Shown one piece after another: positions 53,930 to 64,000 of a stretch of DNA of 64,000 nt. Source of the stretch: Octopus vulgaris (Eukaryota); assembly GCA_951406725.2 (NCBI GenBank), contig OX597823.1:34658001-34722000 (forward strand), given 5' to 3'. The notes below the pieces were generated by a model. The model searched no databases. It had not been told where the DNA came from and worked only from the letters and a program-made list of their open reading frames with translations. Positions within the stretch are counted from its first letter, which is position 1, and every line of letters begins with the position of its first letter. The position numbers and the translations under genes are program-made.

Positions 53930-54290
53930 TGTAGCCAGAGGGGTAGCTAGGCATCAGGTTTACATAGCAAAAAGAATAGCTGAAGGTAAGAGATTTGCAA
54001 ATGTCCTACAACATGAGGATCAGACATGTGAAGTGTTCAGGATTGCAAAGCAGTGTATCTGAGAAAATAGAGATGTGGTGGGTGAGAAATATCTGTGAAT
54101 GAATAATGGTATGCTTGCACTTAGTGACTCAGAGAAGAAAGATGCATGGAAGTGTCACTATGAAAGGTTACTAAATGTGGAAAAGGAATATGAGGAGGAG
54201 AGTCTACCAAATATTGAACCAATTGAGAGACCAGCCATCAGGGTTGATAGCAGCATCATAGATAAGGCAACTAAGGACATGAAAACTCAA
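53930..54290 (+). mobile_element. RTE LINE internal fragment
   Basis: EVFRIAKQC...EKKDAWKCHYERLLNVE. Confidence 0.65.
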
Positions 54291-54731
54291 CCATCCCATT
54301 TATATTCTGATCCCCATCCCTTGCATGTATGTCCAGCATTTTGCCACCATCTCTATCCTGCTGTCTCCCACTCTCTCTCTCTCTCTCCTTCTCCTGCTCT
54401 TCCCTCAGGTTGGGTAACCATGTATTTCCTTTGCAGCAGCACACCTCTTTCTCTTCTCATACCTGATCTCTCTCTTTCATTTGCCAAGCATATATATATA
54501 TATATACACACACATGTGCATATGTATATATGTATGTGTATGTGTATGTGTGTGTGTATGTGTGTGTGTATGTATATATATATATATATATATTAGAAGG
54601 TTTGGAGATGATGTACAGGTATTTTATATTAGAAGAAATGAGGTACTCAGAAATTCGGATGGTTTTATATTTACAGATATTTATTTGTATATTATATGTT
54701 TTTATACATCATATAACTTATATCATATATC

Positions 54732-54782
<51 letters not shown>

Positions 54783-55767
54783 AAGTGCAAGAAAGAAAGA
54801 GAAATGGTACTTATTTAATGAGATGAGAAATTATAGAAGAAATATTAGAAAAAAAACAAAAAGAAAAGAAAAAGAAAAAACAAAATAACAGACGAAATAA
54901 AAGGTGATTATGTTTAAATGTCAGCAATTAATCTTCCTGGGTCTCTTTCTCGAAAATATTTCCTGTAATTACTCTCCATCAAAAATTTATATAATTTTTT
55001 TCCTTATTTTTGTTAATTAATCATAGATATGTTTGCCAACATAAAGAATTGTACTGCGCCATTTCAAGAGTTTAAAAATTATACTAAAAACAAAATATAA
55101 AAGCATAAAGCGGGTAATGTTGTAGGGAGGTGGGGAGGGGGAGCAGCTTTAGAACATATTAAATAAGGGAGTAAATTTCTAGTCAAGTAGGGGCAAAATG
55201 TGTGTCTTCTTATTCGTATGAATACATGAGTTCATGTATTAAATAACTTTCTGAATTCTTTGCACTGATGCTTTTTATCTCTTTTCATGTTTGGAATCCA
55301 TCAAACATGTTATCTTGTTCTTCTACATGCAGACGAAGACATGATAAATGCCAGGCATATACCTTTACAGTGATGTAAACAGGTTATATATATATATATA
55401 TATATAGGTACAGGAGTGGCTGTTTGGTAAGAAGCTTGCTTCCGAACCACATGGTTCCAGGATCAGTTCCACAGCGTGGAACCTTGGGCAGGTGACTTCT
55501 ACTATAGCCTAAGGTCAACCAAAGCCTTGTGAGTGGATTTGGTAGATGGAAACTGAAAGAAGCCCAATGTATATATATGTGTGTGTGTGTGTGTGTGTTT
55601 GTCCCCTCTCCATCGCTTGACATCCAATGTTGGTGTGTCTACATTCCTGTAACTTAGCGGTTCGGCAAAAAGAGACCGATAGAATAAGTATGAGGCTTAT
55701 AAAGTATAAGTCTTGGAGTTGATTTGTTCGACTAAATAACTGAAACAAGTAAATGAATAAAAGAATG

Positions 55768-55918
55768 ATATTATTTACATTATTTACATTATTCATGGAT
55801 ATTTGTCCTCATCTTATTTGTTGTTAACACAATATTTCACCTGATATACTCTCCAGCCTTCATCAGGTATCTTGGGGAAATTTTGAACCTGGGTTCTCGT
55901 TCCTAAGGTATTTTTCAA

Positions 55919-55950
<32 letters not shown>

Positions 55951-56687
55951 TCACTACCTGGAATCGAACTCAGAATCTTAGGGTTAGTAGCCCATGCTCT
56001 TAACCACTACACCATATGCCCATGGGCATAGTGGTTAAGAGCGCAGGCCACTAACCCCAAGATTCCAAGTTCAATTCCAGGCAGTGACCTGAATAATAAT
56101 AAGCCAGACATAGTCTTAATTGAGAAAGAAAGCAAATTATGCTGGATCATAGATACAGCATGCCCAGCTGACTACAAGGTATGCGATAAAGAAGAAAGAA
56201 AAGTTGATAGATATGACAGGTTAGCTTGGGCGATAAAGCTGTTGTGGCCAGTGAAAAAGGTGGTAGTGATATCAATAATTGTCATAGCCCTGGGAAAGTG
56301 AGTAAAAATCTTGAGAAGTACATGGAACAAATAGGGGCTGCAATAAGGGTGGAGCACTTGCAGAAAACAACACTGCTTGGAACAGCTTGAATACTTCAGA
56401 AGGTGCTCAAAAAACAAGAGGTGTTACTTAGTTCACTGGTAGTGAACAGCTGACACCGTAGTACATCTACAGCGATAGAAGCTGTGCAAAGGCAATAATA
56501 ATAATAATAATACCATCAAAAAATACCTCAGGAATGAGAACCCAGGTTCAAAATTTCCCCAAGACACCTGATGAAGGCTGGAGGGTATATCAGCCAAAAT
56601 GTTGTGTTAACAACAAACAAGATGAGGACAAATATCCGTCAAATGTAAATAATGTAAATAATTCCTCATCTCTTAAATATAGAACTG
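55768..56687. mobile_element. Family A tRNA-hammerhead SINE, most complete head-to-head pair
   Basis: Centre palindrome TATGCCCATGGGCATA (~56015-56030); A box TGGYGTAGTGG, B box GAGTTCGATTCC, (AAT)n; HHRs at 55826-55871 (-) and 56563-56608 (+). Confidence 0.85.
56101..56493 (+). mobile_element. R4/Dong-like non-LTR retrotransposon 3' end (RLE endonuclease) inserted in (TAA)n
   Basis: KPDIVLIEK...IIDTACP.D.....KEERKVDRY..L...LW...V.IIVIALG...LQK..LLGTA.IL.KVL; flanked by AAT repeats. Confidence 0.8.
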
Positions 56688-57416
56688 TAAAAGAATGGTG
56701 TTGGTTTGTATGGTTGAGAGAATTAAAAAGAGAGTTGCTTTCCAGAGATTATTAGAGGATGAAATTTGAAGTGAGTGAAATTATGTAAACTGTTGTGTTA
56801 TTGGTGGGGATGTTGGCCATTTAGGTGTAGAACAAAGGTATAAATATTTTAGTTTTTCTGTTCTTTATCTATGTTCAGCAGGCAGAAAATCATTCTCTGT
56901 AGTTATCAACCAGGGTATTTTTTGGACAAGATTTCATGTGTTTTAGTTGAACATAAAGTATAAAGGTTTTCATTACCACAATATTAAGAACTGTACAGGA
57001 AATAATTCATGTTAACATTTCACCATCTGGTGAATGGTTAATATTGTTGAATGTGTCTGTGTGTGTTTGTGTGTGTGTGTGTAGTATGTGCACGTATTTG
57101 TGTGTGTGTGTGTGTAGTATGTGCACGTATTTGTGTGTGTGTATGTGTAGTATGTGTGTCTGTAGTATGTGCACATATTTGTGTGTGTGTATGTGTGCAT
57201 GTATTTTTGTGTGTGTGAACATGTAGTTATGTGCATGTGTGTATGTGTGTGTGTGCATGTGTGTGAGTATAAATTTAAGTTAATCATATGTGACCCTGCT
57301 AAATTTACTTTTATCAGATATATGACAGTTTTAATGTATGTATATATGTAAGTTTATATATATATGTGTGTGTGTGTGTGATATATATTGTATATACATG
57401 CACATATATATACATC

Positions 57417-57448
<32 letters not shown>

Positions 57449-57488
57449 ATATGGTATATATAGATATATATATATTTATATATATATA

Positions 57489-58295
57489 CATCATCATCAT
57501 CATCGTTTAATATCTGCTTTCCATGCTGGCATGGGTTGGACGATTTGACTGAGGTCTGGTGAACCAGATGGCTGAACCAGGCTCCAATCTGATCTGGCAG
57601 AGTTTCTACAGCTGGATGCCCTTCCTAACACCAACCATTCCAAGAGTGTAGTGGATGCTTTTACGTGCCACTGGCACAAGGGCCAGTTGGGCGGTATTGA
57701 CAATGGCCACGCTCAAATGGTGATTTTTATGTGCCACCGGAACAGGAGCCAGTCCAGTGACCACTCTGACAACGACCTCGCTCGAATGTTTTTTCACGTG
57801 TCACCAGCACAGTAAGGCAATGCTTGTAGCGATCACACTGGAATGGTGCTTTTTACTTGCCACCGGCATGGAAGCCAGTTAGCCGCTATGGCAACGATCA
57901 TGCTCCACTAGCAGGGATGCCAGTCATCGAATTCGATTTCGATTTTGATTTCACTTGCCTCAAAAGGTCTTCGCAAGCAGAGTTTAGTGTCCAATGAAGG
58001 AAAGATACACTTAACTGGGCTGGTTACACCACTGGCATAGGCCATGGGTTATGGTCTTACTTGGCTCGCCAGATCTTCTCAAGCACAGCATATTTCCAGA
58101 AGTCTCGGTCACTAGTCATTGCCTCAGTGAAGCTTAATGTTCGAATGTCATGCTTCACACCTCATCCCAGGTCTTCCTGGGTCTACCTCTTCAACAGGTT
58201 CCCTCACTGCTAGGGTGTGACACTTTTTCATGCAGCTATCCTCATCCATTCTTGCCACATGACCATACCAGTGCAGTCTTCTCTCTTGCGCACCC
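57489..58295 (-). mobile_element. RTE LINE 3' fragment with tandem-unit UTR
   Basis: (CAT)n, shared tail, reverse complement of LHWYGHVARMDEDSC...GRPRKTWDEV. Confidence 0.85.
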
Positions 58296-58799
58296 CATCC
58301 TTAACACTTTCATTACCAACCCGGCTGAAACCACCTCTGGCTCTGTGGTACAAATGTCTTGTTTTCATAAGTTTGGATTTAAAATCTTCCACTATTGTTC
58401 CAATTTGTTCCTAACACTAGCTGAATGATAACTAAGTTATTTTACTAAATTCTTTGTTATATTTAAAATTGATTGAAACAAACACAGAGCATCTCAACAG
58501 AAATATAGTAACAAAAGGGTTAAAATACATAATAGAGAAATAATTCTTAAAATATATAATAGAGAAACAATTCTTAACCCTTTTGATACCAACCTGGCTG
58601 AAACTGGCTCTGGTTCTGAGTACAAATGTCTTGTTTTCAAAAGTTCTGTATTAAAATCTTTCACCAAACCTTAGTTACAATTTATGTTCCTAACACTAAC
58701 TTAATAACTAAGTTATTTTACTAACTTTTTTATCATATTTAAAATTAATTGAAAGAAACACAGAGCATCTCAAAATGAATACAGTAATGAAAGGGTTAA

Positions 58800-60050
58800 A
58801 GCATTCCTGCTGTTTATTTCAAAGAAACCTGTCTCTCCATCAGGTGTTATAATTCTTGCTTTTGTATCTTCAGAAAGCTTTGTTATTGCATTGAGAAGAT
58901 TTGGATGTCTATTGATATGCTCTAAGAATTTTGAGCATCTTGCCTCTGTGATTAGAATCAAAAGCCTTCTTGAAATCAACATACAGGATGATGGTTTTGC
59001 TATTATGTGCTTTGACCTCTTCAATTAACCTTCTCAGAGTCAGAATATGTATTGCTGTGGATCTACCAGGTTGAAACCCATTCTGATTTTGTCGTAGATG
59101 TTTATCAATTGCTTGGCTGTAGTCTGTTAAGCATCATTCTGTTGATGAATCTGGCTACTACTGAAGATAATGCAATGCCTTTCTAGTTCTTCTCATCGCT
59201 GAGATCTGGTTTGAGAATATGGAGCAGATCCAACACTGATAATTGCTTTGGCTTCAAGTTCTCTTTCAACAGTTTGTTTGCAAAGTAAAGCACAATTTCA
59301 TCAAAATTGCATCTTTTCAAAACTTTGAGTTAAACATTATCTACCCCAAAGATTTACCTTGATTGATTTCTTCATCTAAATTCGGTATCATTAATGCCAA
59401 GGTTATTCAGCTACCATTCATATCTGAAATAAATCTCCAGAGTCTTCCAGGTCTTTTCGAGAACAAAATGTTGGTTACAAAAAAATCATTTTCAACAGAA
59501 AATTCATGTAGAAATCTGTTGTTCCCATTTGTGTGTATCATGGAGTATAATATCTAATGATGAATTAGATAGAATAATACCAGATGTGCCTTTAAATCTC
59601 CAAGCACCAATGTTAAATTTTGCTTTGGCACAACATTCAGTTAATGCTTCACAGTGGTCTTCTGCTTCAGTTGGTGCATAGGTGATTATCACCATGGTTT
59701 TAGGATTGCCACTGAATTCTGCAATAAGGATTCTGTCGTTCACAGGTCTTACTTCAGCTAAAGTACCTTCTGCCATCTTATTGACAACAAATCCATCACC
59801 ACCCAATGCTGCACCATTAAACGATCTCCATGCATCATGCACAATTTCGTCATCTATTACATCTAATACACTCAAGTTACATCTTTCGAAGTTCTCAGTT
59901 AATTCAATCCATTTCTCATTCTTTCTGAGCAGTCTTACATTATGAATTACAATTTGAGAAAATTGCTTGTAGTTCAGCAGTCTTTTCCCTTCAGTGTTGT
60001 TGTTGTTGTAATCCACTGTACCCCTTCCATCAGGATTTAAGGACACAACT
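58800..60050 (-). mobile_element. Decayed LINE (APE endonuclease plus RT start, RTE-like)
   Basis: HNVR.L, GGDGF, DRILIAEF.GNP...II.YAPT (APE); NGFQPGRST..HILTLRRLIEEVK (RT). Confidence 0.75.
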
Positions 60051-61407
60051 TTAGCCTACCTCTTTGACTGAGGACAAGTTTTCCGCGTATTTTTGTTTCC
60101 TAAACATTTTTTACACCCGTTGCAGTATTTATTTATTTATTTTTTTATTTTTCGTTTCCAGGTAATATCGTAAGCATTAACCCATTCGACTAACACCCTT
60201 TAAGGTGGTGCCTCAGCATGGCCGCAGTCAAATTACTGAAACAGGTAAAAGAAAAAAAAATGATAGACATCGACACAGCTATAGGAGTGATCCTCCATCT
60301 ATTGTGACTGTTTCTTCATAACTATCTTTAAAATGTCTCTAATGAAATTTTCCCAGAGACACGTCTCCAAAGGTACATTACAACTACCTTTGAAAATTTG
60401 GGGGAAAATGCGGCGGGGGTCAGCTTCAGATCCTTCAACTTCTACTCCATTCATCCCCGCTCAATTTTCATTTATATCTTTTTATCTTACTCTCAAAAAT
60501 GTATCTTGAAAATTTCATTTAAAATAAAAAAATAGGCACATAACAAATTCCTGTGGGGAGGGATGATCTTCCACGTGATATTTTTTTTCGAATTTCTCTT
60601 GTCACACAGTCTGTAGCATTTAAAATATCTCTGGAAAATTTCATGACAAAATATGCGTTCTTAAGGAAGTTATGTTGGTAAACAATTTGACGGGGGTGGG
60701 ACACACTTTTGGAAGTTATGCCAATGAAATGCAGACAATTGATAACTCACGAGTTTACAAGTAAACTCACACATACATACGCACACAGATTCATATAAAC
60801 AAACACACTGACACACAGATGCACACACACACACATACATACATACATACATACACATACGTATAGATCCATGCACGCGCACACACATAAATTTAGTTTC
60901 CAATTATCTCCTTTCTACACAAAAACCTCCTGTGTTTTCCCTCTTTCATGTTTACATCGGCGTAAGTGTTTGTTGAGAGTATATGTGTGTATATGTATCT
61001 ATGAGTCGATATGTGTGTGTTTATATGTAAGATGTGTGTGTGTGTGTGTGTGTGTGTTTATTCTGAGCACTGTACACAATGTTTATTATTATTATTATTA
61101 TTATTCTAAGCTAAAGCCAAGACATGAAACCTTTTAACACAAATGCCAAAAAACATAAAACGCGCCATGCAAGACCAGCAACATGTAGCACAGCCTCTCG
61201 TGCTACAGTAACCACTGCTACATATAACCATCACCACAAGCACAGCACACCCTCCCATATAACCATCACCACTACCGCATGGTTCCACGTAATCCCCCAC
61301 CACTACCACATCGTCCCAAACAACCGTCACTGATATCTCGCCTGCCTCACCACACTACCATCATAACAATAGAAAGTTTCTATAAAAATGACAAAATTTC
61401 AACATAC

Positions 61408-61560
61408 CAGGCTAAGACTTAGGAAGATCTCGCCAACATCAGCTCCGACAAAGTAGCAGCGACTGGCAACGACTAACTACGAATTCCCCAACACAATCAC
61501 CGGTTCAACCCACCACTACCACCACCGCCGCCGCCACCAACATAATCACTCCCGACTCAA
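61408..61560 (-). promoter_or_regulatory. Possible non-coding first exon / TSS region of the ABCC gene
   Basis: CTG|GTATGT donor-like site at 61402-61407 in a locally CpG-rich, non-repetitive stretch; no transcript evidence. Confidence 0.25.
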
Positions 61561-61682
61561 CCACAACATATTAACACCACTCATCACCACCACCACCGCC
61601 GCCGCCGCCGCAAGCACATGTTCAAAGCATGTATGTTTGTGTAGCAGTGGATTTGCGGTGGAGGATGGGGGTATAACGAGCG

Positions 61683-61724
<42 letters not shown>

Positions 61725-61951
61725 GCGTGTGTGTGTGTGAGAAGTGTACAGGAAGAATGAAACTTAACACGCTACCGAAACGGCTGACGACAGAACGAAA
61801 GAGAGCTAATGAGTGTGTGTGGAGAGAGAGGTAGAAATATAGAGAGGGGGAAAAAAAGACAGTGAGAGAGTAAAAGCATAGAAGCCGATGACAGGTACCC
61901 GGTGAAACAAACACGCGCGCACACACACGCGTATAAACAAATAAATAAATA

Positions 61952-62056
61952 AAACCCTCCTTCTTTCCCGAGCGTCCAATAATACTTTATTTGTTTATTT
62001 GTTCCACGTCCTTGCGTTGTTGTGTTTTTTTGTTTTCTTGTTTGGATTAACTTTAT
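61952..62056 (+). mobile_element. Family B element 3' part (homologous to 11404-11510)
   Basis: AAACCCTCCTTC...GAGCGTCCAATAATACT...TTGTTTGGATTAACTTTATAT. Confidence 0.8.
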
Positions 62057-62101
62057 ATATATATATTTATATATATGTGTATGTGTGTGTGTGTGTGTCT
62101 C

Positions 62102-62259
62102 TTACACACAGACACACGCACATGTTATTGTAGAGTGAGAAAGAGACAATAAAATAGGGATGAAGAGGGGGTATGATATCTGATAGAGAAAGTGTATATA
62201 TATATATATATATACACTTTCTCTATCAGATATCATACACACTTTCTCTATCAGATATC

Positions 62260-62292
<33 letters not shown>

Positions 62293-62466
62293 TATATATA
62301 TATACACACTTTCTCTCTCTTCTGTCTCTGTCTCTGTCTCTCTCTCACACACACACGATGAGACAGGCAGTCATATACATCGCTATATCAGATATCATAC
62401 CCCCTCTTGATCCCTATTTTATTGTCTCCTCTCTCGCTCTACAATAACGTGTGCGTTTGTCTGTGT

Positions 62467-62470
<4 letters not shown>
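62102..62470. repeat. Inverted repeat, ~85-bp arms, microsatellite-rich spacer
   Basis: 62102-62186 is the reverse complement of 62384-62470. Confidence 0.85.
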
Positions 62471-62542
<72 letters not shown>

Positions 62543-63073
62543 TATCATTTGGCGTAAAGACAGCGATAGACTGTGTGAAGTGAAATGACTTTCGCGTCGG
62601 TCAGAGAGACCACACCCTGATATGGCACCAGAATATGAAAGGCGAGTTCCTTTCCTATCTCACTTTCTGAGATTTTCTGTTTTTTACTTCTTTATTTTTA
62701 CTGCCTTTCTTAACATCTGAACTAGTTATTCTTTTACTTGTTTCAGTCATTTGACTGCGACCATGCTGGTGCACCGCGCCTTTAGTCGAACAAATCGACC
62801 CCAGGACTAGTTTTTTAAGCCTTGTACTTCTTATATCTGTCTCTTTTTCTAATTTACAGGGACGTAAACACACCAACATCAAGCGATGGTTGGGGGACAG
62901 ACACACAAATACATACACTTACACATACACGATGGGCTTCTTTCAGTTTCCATCTACCAAATCCACTCACAAAGCTTTGGTCGGCGCGCAGCTATAGTAG
63001 AAGACACATGGCCAAGGTGTCACGCAGTGGGACTGAACCCGGAACCATGTAGTTGTGAAGCAAGCTTCTTACC

Positions 63074-63291
63074 GAGATGTACTCGCATAGCAAGTAATTT
63101 GATCTGAGATCGTGTGCTGAAACGAAAACAATTGCAGCGTGGAAGGTGTTTATAAGCCATTTAAGAAACACACAAAAGCCGTTCGATTCACTTCAACATT
63201 TAAGTTTAATTTGTCAAAATATTTTCGTCGCTAAAATCCGCGACCTGTTCACTGACAAAAATCCGTGCTGCACATGAAAGTCCAAATCTGT
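63074..63291 (-). mobile_element. 218-bp insertion with 12-bp TSD carrying a hammerhead, inside a CORE-SINE head
   Basis: TSD AAGCTTCTTACC at 63062-63073 and 63292-63303; the SINE resumes after it. Confidence 0.8.
63210..63259 (-). ncRNA. Minimal type-I hammerhead with G3-C8 compensatory core
   Basis: TTTGTCA-GTGAACA-G-GTCGC-GGATTTTA-GCGAC-GAAA-ATAT-TT-TGACAAA: 7-bp stem I, 5-bp stem II, palindromic AATATT stem III. Confidence 0.75.
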
Positions 63292-64000
63292 AAGCTTCTT
63301 ACCATACAACCACTAAGCAATTAGCGATGAGCTCATCCTAAAATAGGCAACGAGTATCAAAATTAGACTGAATTGTTATTATCAGTCCGAATGTGATGCA
63401 CATTCGAACTGGCGAACAGGCTACTCACAGCATTCTGTCATGGAGAAATATACCTCGCTTGTTGACAAATGGTGCGTCAACAAGATCGGCTCGCAACGCC
63501 ATTTACCTAGACTGTGAAATACTAACATTTCGGAGTAATTTATCTCTTCATCGGTCACCTCATCATCCCCTCTGTCTTCGTCTATAAATTGGTGTGATAG
63601 ACTGTCTCACGCATGTCAAACCTTTTTTCACTAGCGCCTTGTTTCTTTTTCAAGCCCTTCCCCTTCCTTACTACGATTCGTGTCGCTCATTTTTTCTTTC
63701 TTTTTTTTTTTTTCAATCTACATATATTAAGGTCTGGCCAGAGTATTTTAATTCCGGGTTGTAGTGTGACGCGGGTAACTGCTTTCCACAGCATCACCCT
63801 ATAAAAAAACGATTACTACAAGCTAAGATGCATTGTATTCAGCTGTTTATTTACGTATTCATCTTGGGCGCATATAAGAGAGAGAGAGGGTGAGCGAGGG
63901 AAAAAGAGAGAGATGACGATGTTTTTATTGCGATTGTAGCTAACAAGCAGTTTATAATATTTTTCTTCGAGTTAATAATTACAATACAAAGACTAAAAGC

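Noticed and set aside
56015-56090. tRNA gene
   Set aside because: A and B boxes are present but there is no proper acceptor stem or cloverleaf; it is a SINE head, as are the other tRNA-like hits.
56700-57000. Possible Penelope GIY-YIG C-terminal remnant next to the family A pair
   Set aside because: Only scattered residues (LNICG.., NYRE) across frames; too weak to call without a search.

Overview
This is animal genomic DNA, AT-rich and dense in microsatellites, SINEs and RTE LINEs; the repeat families suggest a cephalopod (Octopus-like), which is inference. One protein-coding gene crosses the window on the minus strand: an ABCC5/MRP5-like short ABCC transporter. I traced 15 coding exons by eye (48009->7046, 576 codons, all GT..AG and in phase). 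They cover the N-terminus, TMD1 and NBD1 up to just before the LSGGQ signature; the rest lies beyond the left edge. Introns and the upstream region contain tRNA-derived SINEs, RTE LINE fragments, mariner-, piggyBac- and Chapaev3-like DNA elements, an R4/Dong fragment and many fold-back inverted repeats. The most striking unexplained structure is a set of minimal type-I hammerhead ribozyme (HHR) motifs in at least five unrelated short repeat families. They include (i) a tRNA-headed, Pol III-type SINE carrying an HHR that is repeatedly inserted as a head-to-head palindrome, and (ii) a 218-bp insert flanked by a target-site duplication whose HHR has a compensatory G3-C8 core swap. Together these look like non-autonomous elements mobilised by Penelope-like retrotransposons. 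All coordinates were read by eye; repeat boundaries are approximate and no database searches were run.
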